From contig CM082577.2 in assembly GCA_040954595.2 (NCBI GenBank), forward strand, positions 1,984,001 through 2,048,000: a stretch of 64,000 nt of DNA. Reading direction: 5' to 3'. The stretch is from Balanoglossus misakiensis. Its lineage: Eukaryota > Animalia > Hemichordata. Numbering within the stretch: position 1 is the first letter of the stretch; the number at the start of each line of letters is the position of its first letter. The position numbers and the translations under genes were made by a program. Shown here piece after piece: positions 41,201 to 51,189 of this stretch. The notes beneath the pieces are model-generated. The model did not search any database, was not told the DNA's origin, and saw nothing but the letters and a program-made list of their open reading frames with translations.

Positions 41201-44200
41201 TGCCGTGAATTTCTGGGTGAAAAAAACAGCCACCAGCAAACATTACGACTCGCTCTCGCTGAAACAGAAATTGAATGAACTACAGCTGTAGAACTTGGAA
41301 AGCGGTGATTCAATTTGCCTGTTTACATGCAGTTGCCCACTGTGAAAGGTCAAAAGATTAGGCTCGCGCACACAACGGTCAATCGTCGTGGTCGCAGTTC
41401 TGAGAAATAACCAAATTACGACAGCGTCTCCAGAGAAGATTTGATTTTCCCAGTGTCAACACTTGACGGGATATTAGGAAGACTTGAATTACTTCACTGA
41501 GATTTAATCATGGAGCATCATCGGATCTGTTTTGTATTAAAGTTTCGCTGTATTCCCTCTGTGGGAGAGGTTCAGATAAAATAGGGTTTATACCTACAGT
41601 GAAATTGAAATGTCATTGTACGTGTGTTTGGAGTCATGTTTTTAATCACTTGATATATTTGTTGTTGATTTATGTGATGTCAATATCTTCAATGAAAAAT
41701 TAAGGTGTATTTGAGATCAATTGTGCTGTTTTTGTAGCTTCTCCCACAAACACTTTTTCTTCCACGTCACGGGAATTGCACTGCAACCCAACGAATTCTG
41801 CATTTATTTCCTCTCCACAGGTCGCGTCAACATGGGAGGATGTGGATGTTCTCAGGTCGGAAATGGAACGCAGTGTCGCCTCATCCACAGTGGCCTTCCG
41901 CAGCAAATTGCTGCAGGCCGCCGCTCAATTACAGAGCACTCTGGGAATCCAGGATTTGGGCCGGCTCTACTTCCAGCCGGCGAAGGACCTGAACGGAAGT
42001 TTGGTCATCACCACTGTGAACTACATCAAGGTATATTTACCACACCAGTTGCAGGATGATTATTCAGGAGTTTTTGTTTATTTTAGATATTTTAGATGGT
42101 GTAAATTCGTTTTGAGCAAAATTTTCTTGAATGTCAGAGTTTTGAAATATTCCACAAATTATGCACTGTCACATGTCTAGATCTTGTGTGGTATATGTTG
42201 AGTGATATGAATGTCTCTCACTACATGTATTGTCAAATCCTCCAACAGGACCCAAGGATCCCAATCTCATTGAAATGGAGTCCGCTTGCCAGGATACAGA
42301 GAAAGTGGACGGGGACGCCCGACGCGGACGAACCATCGGCTCCAGATCTTCTGATGGGCTCTATTCCGGTGAGTTGAATGCCGCAGGGTTTGAGGGTGTC
42401 ATATCCCCCCGCTTCTCGCCTCACTTTGAGAATTGAGCGGCATGCATACATGCAGCCCTACCTTGGGGAAAGGTATCAGAAATATCTCCTTGTGAGAATT
42501 TGCATGCCAGAATGCCTGCCGTAAAATTATCTGTATGCTTGTACCTGCCGCGTTGATTTGCCCGTATGTTTTTTAAAATGGAATGGGTGAGCCACTCAGA
42601 ACCAACTTACCAGTCAGAGCAATTCACGATTCAGCACTTTTTTCTATAAATATAGAAATTTCGAAATGTAAATGGAGTACCTGCCAAAGGATGCAATATA
42701 CGGTCCAAAAGTACGCCGATAAATGAGTTATAGAAAGGATAAAAAGTGAAAGAAAAAGGATACAATTATTGTATAAACGTTGACTTGAGTATAAGAAATT
42801 TTCACACAAACATATGCTTCGGTTTGCCTACGTATCTGCTGATTGGAAAATGAAAAATCAAATTAGTTTGATAAAATTGCATTAGCCATTTTGATCGAAT
42901 CAATTGGGTTGTTACACTGATGTTCTGCAAGTAAAATTTTCAATTTTCCGGGAGAGTGAACCGATTTAGCTGAGTCAGTTCATAAATTCAGTTGTTATTC
43001 CCGGAGAGAGAGAAAAAAGCTCTGATGTGATGAAGTAAACTGTGGTGTAATCAGCACAGCTTATTAAATGGACCTGGATTTCGACGCAAATTGATATTCC
43101 TGTCGTATCTTCCATTTACGGCCGACAATAAACGCGAAATTGTAGCAATAAAACGCCCAATGTAAATGCTCTCAACAAATACAGCTTCGGACATTAATAC
43201 CAGATAAATACGCAGATTTTCATCGGAATGTAATGCGGGTCCTGAAACTCGATTTCGAAAATTTGATTACCAAGAAACGAGTTTTAAATGGATCAGAACT
43301 AGTATGGTGATGGCGGTGTAGGTCACATTTAGAAAGCCCCCGGGGGACTTTTATGAATTCAGACGACTAAACCGCTGTACTGTATAGCTGCGTGGATCTT
43401 CTTTCAGGGGTGCCAAATCTCGTTGACTCTAATTATTGGCAACTGTCGCTTGTTTTTGATGAATGTTTCGGTCGGGCCGGCCGTTTTGTTTAACGACCGA
43501 TTTGCGCGTACCTCTATCTTGGCACCAAAGTTAGGGTCACCTTCAGATCAAGATGAACACACAACTAATAGCTCATCTGGAAAGCCCAACCCAATTATTT
43601 TGGCATCAGTGACTTTGATGAGAAGTGGTCCTACTTCTGAGAAGATTGGTTCTTCCGATCCTGTCTGTCTCTTGCCGCCTCCTTCTGAAGCATAAGCACT
43701 CGCAGTGCTGCATCACTTGTCTAGAAAAGCCTATTTGTGACGTTCATGAACATTGAATATAGCTTCCTTCCGCTTCAAATTGCTATGTCACCTTTTTAAA
43801 AAAAATTCTTTTCACTAGTATTACACTACGATAAGATACTGTGACCTAGTTTTATTGAGGGAATTTAGTATGATCTGTGTTTAGTATGATCCATCGTGAA
43901 AGGTTTTTTGTGGAAAAAAGTGAGCCTTTTTTATATTTATACTATACGAAAACTGCATCAGAATATAAGAAAATGCCCTGAGAAAAAAATGGTATGTCTA
44001 AGCGAAGATATATTTGGGCTAAAAATTTGATTGGAAATTGATTTTTTGCTCCCGTTCTCTTTTAGGAGAAAATTCTGTACCATCAAGCCAGCACAATTCC
44101 CTTGGCAAGGGGCCTGTATGTGGGTTATCTCAAACTGCGGAGTTCGGTCGACATCATCCGGGTTATGGTGCCAGAGAAAACACCGAACGTACTGCCGCAT

Positions 44201-47200
44201 GTGAAAGTGCGAGACAACCCGAATGTTTCCAGGGAAGAGTGGGAACTGCTGCAGCAGCTGGATTCCGATGAGGTAAGGGCAATGAGAAAAACGGATCCTT
44301 GCAGAAAGAGAATTCCGTGTTTGTCTGTTCAGCTTCTGGAAATAAGCACTTTCTCAAGTAATGTCACAATGTCTGACGATTTAAATAGTCAATATGAACA
44401 TGTGTGTCTAAACAGTCCATAGAATATATCTTGCCTATAGTGTGTTTCAAAGTAAAACCTTTATTAGCATCCATATTGTTATCTTGAGTTGCAGTTACTT
44501 GTGTAACCGGTATGTCCGATTGGAACAGTTCAAAGCCTGCGTTAGTTCGTGCTTTATTGGCCATGACAGTGATAGTTTGCCAAATGTGGATTGGTTTGAA
44601 CTTTGACCCCAATTTACATACCAACGGATACAGCCTAAAGTTAATCAGCTGTACTTATAATTTACGGACTTACAATTTTCTCGAGTAAATAGCACTTATC
44701 CACTGATAATAAGATTGCGAACGGTTAATTTTGCCGAAACTGAATGCCAAACAGAGGTTAATGGCTTTTCTAGTGGCTGTATATGCTTACAGATCATGGT
44801 TGAATGGCAATCATAGGTCACTGATTTATTCACGGTGCTGCAACTTTTGACTTAAAGTGTGTCGATCAATGTAAAATGTATGTAGGAAACACTGCCGCGT
44901 CTGCTGTTGGGCAGAAATGGTGAATTGACAATCAAACAGGTGGACACAGCCAATGTTTGCTCTAATGTTTTGAAGGCATTTCTTAGAATTTAGATTGATG
45001 TATTATTACTCCTGCAAAGTAGTCCCCAGAAGCCGGCTCCATTTCTAAGCATTTTACCCGACATAAATGACTGTATACATGTATGGTTGATATTTCTCTG
45101 TGCCCACACTCTGTGTCTGTGTCTACATGCGTTTGCATCACTTAGACTTAATGGCTACCCCATCTTCATCACTTCTCCAACAGGTGAAAAATCCACCGAC
45201 GAGTGCACAGTTGAAATTCCACAACCAGATGGTGACGGCGACCAAGAGACTTCTAAATAAACTGGGTGTTTCCGAAGAACTGGCCCTCAATCACAGGATA
45301 TGCGATCTTGAAGTCATCGACATGAACGAAGAGGTTGGTATATTCGAATATTTCAACATCCTGTCCAGAAGGTGAGGTGGTATGTGCCACCTGAGGTCAT
45401 ACCGGGTATACAGCACCCTCTGGAGAGGCTGGTTGTGACAGGGGTACCCGGGTAGCGCATATTTCAAATCCCAGGATCAAGCCAAACCAACCCACGTAGA
45501 ATGATACAGGCTCAAATATCGAAAGCGTGTTTAGTTTTTTCCCCTTCTGTAAACAGCAAATCACGAGACTCGCTAACTCAATCGGGCAGTAATGGGTTTT
45601 CTTACTTAGGGAGTTGATCAAAATAACCTGAACGCCGCTGATGCAATTAGGGCGAAGTGCTGTGCATAGCATCAGTGAACAGAAGTATGCAGCAACACAC
45701 TGTGGAGGCAGGTTTTTTTTTTCTCCAGTCGAAGTAACCACTGGTGTGGTACACAGAGCACGCTTTACTTACTTTGATTGGATTTCCGCTGTTCTCAAGC
45801 AGACACCTGGTGTCAATCTAACTTTACTTGTGTAATTTTCAGTTTTCAAGAGATGATTTGCTGTAATACATTTGGTGTTACATTTCACTGATGAAGAAGT
45901 TCCACCACCCCTACCCCAGATTCATATTCTTTCATATTAGCTGTGCCCAGAATATATCAATGTCATAATGTTTAATATCAATGATTGAAAGATGTCCTGT
46001 GGGCAGTTTGACTTATTAAATGGACATTTGACACAGAAGCACATTTCTGATATTTTTTGAAAGACAAAATACGAGTTAATGTGTCACGATTTTTCTATGC
46101 AATATATATTCTAAAAAAAATAGACATAAATACAGTTATCTAGATCTTAATACTTATATTGCCCCCTAAACTTGAAAATCATTATTTCTGCATTTAATTA
46201 ACTTTAACTCACATTTACCGTAGTAGACACAAGCTTTTGTGGCAGGGTTATTAATCTGGATGGAATGACATGTCTTGCAATTTCTCACAGGAGTCATTAT
46301 GAAAGGTTAATGCAGCGCTACTATATTTTCTCCTCTTTTTTTATCGCAGGTGTCCTTTGTCCTAGTTGTGCCTCCTGCTGTTGACGTCTGCAGTGTTCCC
46401 GGGCAGACAGATGACATTATGTCCGATAAAGAGCATATTTTACTGCCAGTACCTGTCTTTGAAATGGGTGAGTTCAGTGAAGGTTATACATCTGTGTGTT
46501 CATCGTTGTGAAATAAAACCCCAGGGTTTTGTGATAGTCAGTGTTGCATTGAATGCTGAGTTTGCAGAGTGCGAATCCCAGTACAGTCAGTGCCATCTGA
46601 CCAGGGAAAATACTGGGAAAATTTAGGTGTGAACTTGGGCTAAAAGACATGAATTACATGTATCGTATACTCTGACACAAGCCGAACATGACACAGTTAT
46701 TCTTTGGTATAACTAAGAAAACAATTTCAGATTTACTTTTTAAAAAAGACAATATTCTGCAGCAACACGGGTTTGAACCCCAATTAATTAACCATCACAC
46801 CCGCCCCACTCCACCACCCACCCCCCATTCACTGACCCACCCCCTGATGCGAGGGATATATATGTACATGTATTCTACGTCCTTGCAACCCCAGTCGTAC
46901 ACTAATTCCGCTAGTGAGGCCCAAAGCAAGAGTTGTTAGTGCAGGATAGAGGTTTCTAGCCCTTGGAAGATTTGTCATTAGGAGATGGAGATGGCAAGTT
47001 AAAAGAGATAGATGAGCTCTTTGATGAAAGCCACCCAACATCTAACTTTTTTTGCCATGCAGACACACAGTCACGATGCAATAAATAATTGTGCCTTGGA
47101 GGGAAAAGGATTTTTATGCAACAATCCATTCAGAGTTTTCGTAGGCACACAAATCCTTTACTTAGGAATTCTAAACTTAGTCCAGATGTGTTATAGCAAT

Positions 47201-50200
47201 GAATCCTTGAGAGAGCCTAATATCGTACCTCAGTGAAAACCATGCAGCTCTTTTGTCGGATCAAATTTCCATTCCAAAATACCAAACCTACAGCATTAGC
47301 AAATCAAGTCTCTTATATATGTCTGGAGTTTGCACTTTTCTGGTGATTGTTACAGTTGCCATGGCAAAATGGCCAATTTCTTTTGCTTCAACTGATGTGA
47401 TGTTTTGCTTTCTTTCCAGTCCATATGACGACGTACCAGCCGGACTTTATCCGACGTTATGCCAGGCTCTCATCAATCCTGGAGATGGATAATCTGATCG
47501 CCCAGCACACATTGAGGGAGGCTTTCTCAGACGACGAAGTCAGCGAGGCAAAATCAAGAATACAGCAGATCTCAGAGTTTCAGCAGGTAATTTTCACAAA
47601 TTACCATCATCCTAGCCAGTCCCTTTGTTGTATTTCTCGGGCTTAGGGGGCTTATGTAGATTTGGTAGGTTTTTGACCAATTGGAGTACGACATGATTAA
47701 AATGACCCTCTAAGTTGCTGCAAAGTAAACTCTTAGATGGTTAAGAGATGATGACTGAGTGCATGTGATCTTAAGCAGTGTAGCGACTGTGGCATATTTG
47801 CAGGTGTTTTGAATACGAAATAATTCTGGCTCCTTCCGAGCCTTGTCATCAATTTAGAGTTATTCTCACAAATCAAAACTGAAAGAAAATAAAAGGAGAA
47901 AGCCGTTGAGCCAGCATCTTTCATCACCATATCATGAATGTCAACAAGCCGCCTAGTACGGATGGGCACAATCCAGAAAGTGATTAGGAAGAAAAGATTG
48001 ATTCAGGTTTGCAGCAAAGAAATATTTATGTCAACAGAAAGGTCGTAGCCTTCACTGTATCAATCCTGAGTCTCGTTCCGTACATCAAGATTTGCAAGGG
48101 GCAGTATGACTCCAAAAACAGCCACGCTATCAATTATGATCGTGTGTAAAGAAAGAAAAATGTTCAGAAGGCGATTGAAATTGATGATTGTGGCTTTGTA
48201 ATTGGTCATGTCATGAAAGGGTACTGTTCTGTGAGAGAAATCACCAAGCAAGCTGATGAATGTAAAAGTTGGCACAGAATCAGCTCTGCAAGAAGTGTGT
48301 GGCTGAGATTTTGAAAGCGTAGAAATGTGGCAGATTTCATGACAGGAAAGATTCTAGAACTGCACAGTCTAGGGAAAGTGAACGAGTCTTTTCATGTTTG
48401 TTTGTTGAACAGGCGTAAGTTTGCTGCTATTCAGACACGGCCCTCTAAAAGCAATTAGCCATTCCACTGTTATCAAAATGACATCACCACCATCAGACAA
48501 ACCACAGATAACTCTTGCTCGAAAAGTTAATTGCAATCACTCCCCCTTGTTTTAATTTCAAAGATGCATCTAATACCCCCAAAGTCTCCCGCTAATGATC
48601 TAATCTTCGGATTGTGATGTGTTCAAAGTAGATATAATCCCGGAGTTGAGCTAAATTTAGACTCTGTATCTACGGCAATAAATTGCAATGAAGTGCTCGA
48701 TCCCAACCTAATGAAATGTACTGAAAGGGCCTGTATTTTGTCGTGCTAGTCAATTGTTTGACGTCTGATCAGATGCTAGTTCATTTTCAAGTGTATTTTG
48801 ACAGTGAAACTATGTGAGAGGATACAAATAGCTGACACAAAAACAAACAAACTTTTTTGTTGAAGTTTATACATTTTCTGGTCTTTTTTTCAGACTCTAG
48901 ATTCTACATGGAAGGGGATGCGTTGGATAATGGACAGCTTACAATATGCAAGGGACAAACAGATCAAAGGTGGTGCTCCTCTTTCCCAACTCTATGCATC
49001 CCCGCCATCACCAGTGGAATCACCCAATCTGGACAAGAAACCCGGCAGAGGTAAACACAACACTCCGTTATCTATTGGTGAAAACATGTAATTGCACCTT
49101 TTTTAACGCGGGTGTTTGATCGTGGTTATTTCGTTGTTCAAAACGACACCCTTTGCAAAGTTTGTAAAAAGGAATGAATACAGCTACAAGATTGCATTAG
49201 AACTGAGCTGAACGGAAAGTTAGCATGAGAAAAAAATCTGATTTGTATAGAAATCCATCCTTGTCCAGGGGAGAGTTTCTGTATTCCACCCAGTCGTCAA
49301 CCGCTGCAAGGATTTACAAAGCTGATTTATTCTGGGACAGGCAGTTGAGGCTGAAAAGGAGAGAATAGCAACAGAGCCATTATGGACCCACAGCGGTGAT
49401 TAACATGCATGGAGAGCCCTCTGCACAAATCACGTTATTCAGTGGCTTACATTTCAACTCTTAGATCATCCATACGTTTCCATATAAAAGAGCACTGATC
49501 CTTTGAGCAGATAATTTTATTTTATAGAGGCTGTAAATCTGAAACGCTCATGCAGTGAAATAGGGGAGAATCAATAGTGTAGTCTTCTTGTGTCTCGGGT
49601 TTTTTTCAGTCGATGTTTTCTCAGTGCCGCTGACGTGCATCTTAATTGAGCTGATCACACCGAAGTAAATGAATCGATTTTCAAGACGTGAAGAGGGAAA
49701 CTTCCTTTGAACATAAATCTGGCAGATTAATACAGTTAAAGTGGAGTGAGATTAAGGCTTAATTGTACTTGCGTGTGTTGTAGCTATTTAGATGATAACG
49801 GGGGACGTATTACTGTAGCTGATATCAGAGGTGGCCATCTTTGAGGCTATCACAGTTGAAATAAAAACAGAATGGACTATGGTACACTTCAAAATTAAAT
49901 TCTGTCCTTGCATGTTTCATCAATTCCGTAATCCGCAAAACAACTTGGGATGTTTCTTTGTAGCTACAGACTGTGACCGGTTAAAACCAATGAAATCTCT
50001 TAGAATCTGTCTGATAAACGAGAAATCCCTTTTAAACTTCTAGTACACATTTATGCCATTTCAATACTTTTATCACAATGTTCTAGATGACCCTATACCT
50101 ACATGTATACCAAGGAATCAAATTTTACTGGTTGGTCTGCCTGAAATAGTTATGAAAAAGGTGTACATGTACATGTAGTGTTGTTTGACGATGTTTTATC

Positions 50201-51189
50201 TGGTTGTAGGGAGGGGAGAGTATGTTTTGAGTTGCTCTGGGTGTAATTGCGTACTCTAAAGTGAAGAATCATCAGCCATGGTCGGTACTCAAAACTAACT
50301 GAGGAAACGATCGACTGACAGTCTTTCATCGTTCTTCTCACAGGTAATCACAAGCTCCGACGGCAGAGTCTAGTGAACAGCGAGACGAGCAGTATTTACA
50401 GCACAGGAAGCGACACCAGCAGCACGTCAGGGAGCACCACCAGCTCGCCCAGGCGGCACCACTGCGACCGGCTGGGAGGGAGCCAAGACGACATGACGAC
50501 GGGGACCAGCGCGTCAAGCAGCAATGCCAGCTCGCCGACGCACAGCATGGAGAGGCTCAATGGGGGAACCTCGCCGACGATAGTGCAGCAGAACAGCAAA
50601 GCGGGCATCCTCAGAGTGTACCCTGCCTATGAGACAGGATTGGCGACCGGTACCAGTCTGAAGGTGAGGAATTTCATCATCTAGAATTAACTCTTCAATA
50701 TGAGCACAAAGGTGACTTTTCAAGAGGCTTTCTTCATAGTTGCTCAACTGCCATAGTCTAAATATAATCCTTCCTACCCCTGCAGCAGGGCCCTCCACCT
50801 CATAAATGAAAAACAAGATACACTGTACCATACAACTATAAGAATTGCCAGGTTGAGTTATACATGGCTGTCACTGAAATTAAGATTCTTGTGTTTTTTG
50901 TTCACAGCTTCACGTCACAACAAGGACCAGCGCCCGGGAGATCGTCAACCTGGTGATCCAGCAGCTGAACAAAGCCGTGAAGATCAAAGGCTGCGAGGGC
51001 CCCGTCTACAGCGACGACAAGTTCGACGACTTCTGCCTGGTCGCCGACATCGGCGGGAAGGAGAGAATGCTGAAGGATGACTACAGTCCCCTGCAGTTGC
51101 AGAACCCGTGGACAAAGGGAAAGCTCTTGGTCAAACTCAAAGACCCGGCTGTGGGGCTCCTACAGATCGGCCAGAGTACCACTGTGTGA
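27843..51189 (+). CDS. ANKFN1: Ankyrin repeat and fibronectin type-III domain-containing protein 1 (wide awake/banderuola/Nmf9 family), spliced; ~1100 aa if first exon 16249-16348 is used
   Basis: Hand-spliced GT-AG exons, all phase-consistent: 27843-27907, 28065-28210, 29405-29613, 30156-30338, 32481-32614, 33410-33488, 34778-34891, 37100-37197, 38226-38316, 39432-39545, 40064-40169, 40998-41130, 41821-42030, 42249-42368, 44066-44272, 45184-45333, 46350-46467, 47420-47586, 48894-49050, 50344-50663, 50908-51189. Recognised family motifs: SPSAPQRLYRKLSGK, ankyrin ALFEAVEHQD..LDIAVMTNN, FN3 YFVRVSAFNMKGFG, GLYVGYLK, WKGMRWIMD, C-terminal RA domain. The exons before 29405 are less certain. Confidence 0.92.
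28065..28210 (+). CDS. ANKFN1: ANKFN1 exon (RTPDTERR...RQRSISID)
   Basis: Acceptor ttgcag, donor GTATGT, phase 2 out matches the 29405 exon. Confidence 0.65.
29405..29613 (+). CDS. ANKFN1: ANKFN1 exon with conserved SPSAPQRLYRKLSGK motif
   Basis: Acceptor cttgcag, donor AAG|GTACTT. Motif resembles vertebrate ANKFN1 SPNAAKRLYRNLSEK (from memory). Confidence 0.85.
29682..29799 (+). repeat. Tandem duplication, 60-bp period, ~2 copies
   Basis: TGCAGTCTGGCCATT(T/C)AAAAT(C/T)GATTTCTTGTTT occurs at 29706 and 29766, with matching upstream TGTGTTAT..TGATAT. Confidence 0.85.
30156..30338 (+). CDS. ANKFN1: ANKFN1 ankyrin-repeat exon
   Basis: ALFEAVEHQDIEAAKGILESNGLDINTVNCEEFTVLDIAVMTNNTPMAKLLLEMGARENPR; acceptor ccccag, donor GTAAGT. 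Confidence 0.93.
30466..30567. mobile_element. Tc1/mariner(pogo)-type MITE in an ANKFN1 intron
   Basis: 13-bp perfect TIR CAGTGAAACCTGT / ACAGGTTTCACTG, flanked by TA at 30464-30465 and 30568-30569. 102 bp long, with internal AGGACA/GGTCACC sub-repeats. Confidence 0.88.
32481..32614 (+). CDS. ANKFN1: ANKFN1 exon
   Basis: FLLKESRLSRLMALINEAERKVEDLTSAVV...; acceptor ttctctgcag, donor GTAGGA. Confidence 0.88.
33410..33488 (+). CDS. ANKFN1: ANKFN1 exon
   Basis: ENEKLLKEWEWKFRLLKRMKAGFEHA; acceptor tttttcag, donor GTGAGT. Confidence 0.92.
34778..34891 (+). CDS. ANKFN1: ANKFN1 FN3 exon 1
   Basis: PPECPRSVTLTTASSSSLHVRFEEPANINGAVITRYK; acceptor tctatag, donor GTGAGT. Confidence 0.92.
37100..37197 (+). 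CDS. ANKFN1: ANKFN1 FN3 exon 2
   Basis: EWSTSDDFCTPCGEHILYDVRNLFYTIQGLTQ; acceptor ttttcag, donor GTGAGA. Confidence 0.92.
38050..38150 (-). repeat. Partial inverted copy of the 53.4-kb repeat family
   Basis: GCAGCCATTTTGAATTTCAAATTTGAG...TTTTGCAC...GTGACCCTTAATTTT is the reverse complement of the 53495-53570 core. Confidence 0.7.
38182..38219 (+). repeat. (CT)n microsatellite serving as polypyrimidine tract
   Basis: Interrupted (CT)n run directly before the acceptor of exon 38226. Confidence 0.9.
38226..38316 (+). CDS. ANKFN1: ANKFN1 FN3 exon 3
   Basis: GTKYFVRVSAFNMKGFGPFQLSTPPYAIPS; (CT)n tract then AAG acceptor, donor GTGAGT. Confidence 0.92.
39075..39285 (+). repeat. Partial copy of the 53.4-kb repeat family
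   Basis: Collinear blocks ATTCTCTCTT, TCACC, TGAAATTCAAAATGGC and CAAGATGGTG shared with 53470-53620. Confidence 0.65.
39432..39545 (+). CDS. ANKFN1: ANKFN1 exon
   Basis: SWRDVDGSKPRSSGRLTMIDDLFTQ...; acceptor gacag, donor GTAAGT. Confidence 0.9.
40064..40169 (+). CDS. ANKFN1: ANKFN1 exon
   Basis: ...RKTVKKSIKTFFQSAPKFQKNLKR; acceptor ttcgcag, donor GTAATT. Confidence 0.9.
40998..41130 (+). CDS. ANKFN1: ANKFN1 exon
   Basis: GVYLAALLFNEDRILVTAEDQVPIVEVDENFSNNIHHDFHWLMK; acceptor ctcatag, donor GTATGA. Confidence 0.92.
41821..42030 (+). CDS. ANKFN1: ANKFN1 exon
   Basis: VASTWEDV...FRSKLLQAAAQLQSTLGIQDLGRLY...; acceptor ccacag, donor GTATAT. Confidence 0.92.
42249..42368 (+). CDS. ANKFN1: ANKFN1 exon
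   Basis: DPRIPISLKWSPLARIQRKW...; acceptor ccaacag, donor GTGAGT. Confidence 0.88.
44066..44272 (+). CDS. ANKFN1: ANKFN1 exon with GLYVGYLK signature
   Basis: LARGLYVGYLKLRSSVDIIRVMVPEKTPNVLPHVKVRDNPNVSREEWE; acceptor cttttag, donor GTAAGG. Confidence 0.95.
45184..45333 (+). CDS. ANKFN1: ANKFN1 exon
   Basis: VKNPPTSAQLKFHNQMVTATKRLLNKLGV...HRICDLEVIDMNEE; acceptor ccaacag, donor GTTGGT. Confidence 0.88.
46350..46467 (+). CDS. ANKFN1: ANKFN1 exon
   Basis: VSFVLVVPPAVDVCSVPGQ...LPVPVFEM; acceptor tcgcag, donor GTGAGT. Confidence 0.9.
47420..47586 (+). CDS. ANKFN1: ANKFN1 exon
   Basis: HMTTYQPDFIRRYARLSSILEMDNLIAQHTLREAFSDDEV...; acceptor tttccag, donor GTAATT. Confidence 0.92.
48894..49050 (+). 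CDS. ANKFN1: ANKFN1 exon
   Basis: TLDSTWKGMRWIMDSLQYARDK...; acceptor tttttcag, donor GTAAAC. Confidence 0.92.
50344..50663 (+). CDS. ANKFN1: ANKFN1 exon: Ser/Thr-rich linker and start of RA domain
   Basis: ...AGILRVYPAYETGLATGTSLK; acceptor ctcacag, donor GTGAGG. Confidence 0.88.
50908..51189 (+). CDS. ANKFN1: ANKFN1 terminal exon, Ras-association (RA) domain, ends QSTTV*
   Basis: LHVTTRTSAREIVNLVIQQLNKAV...FCLVADIGGKERMLKDDYSPLQLQNPWTKGKLLVKLK; TGA at 51187-51189. Confidence 0.92.
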   Translation, partial: LHVTTRTSAREIVNLVIQQLNKAVKIKGCEGPVYSDDKFDDFCLVADIGGKERMLKDDYSPLQLQNPWTKGKLLVKLKDPAVGLLQIGQSTTV

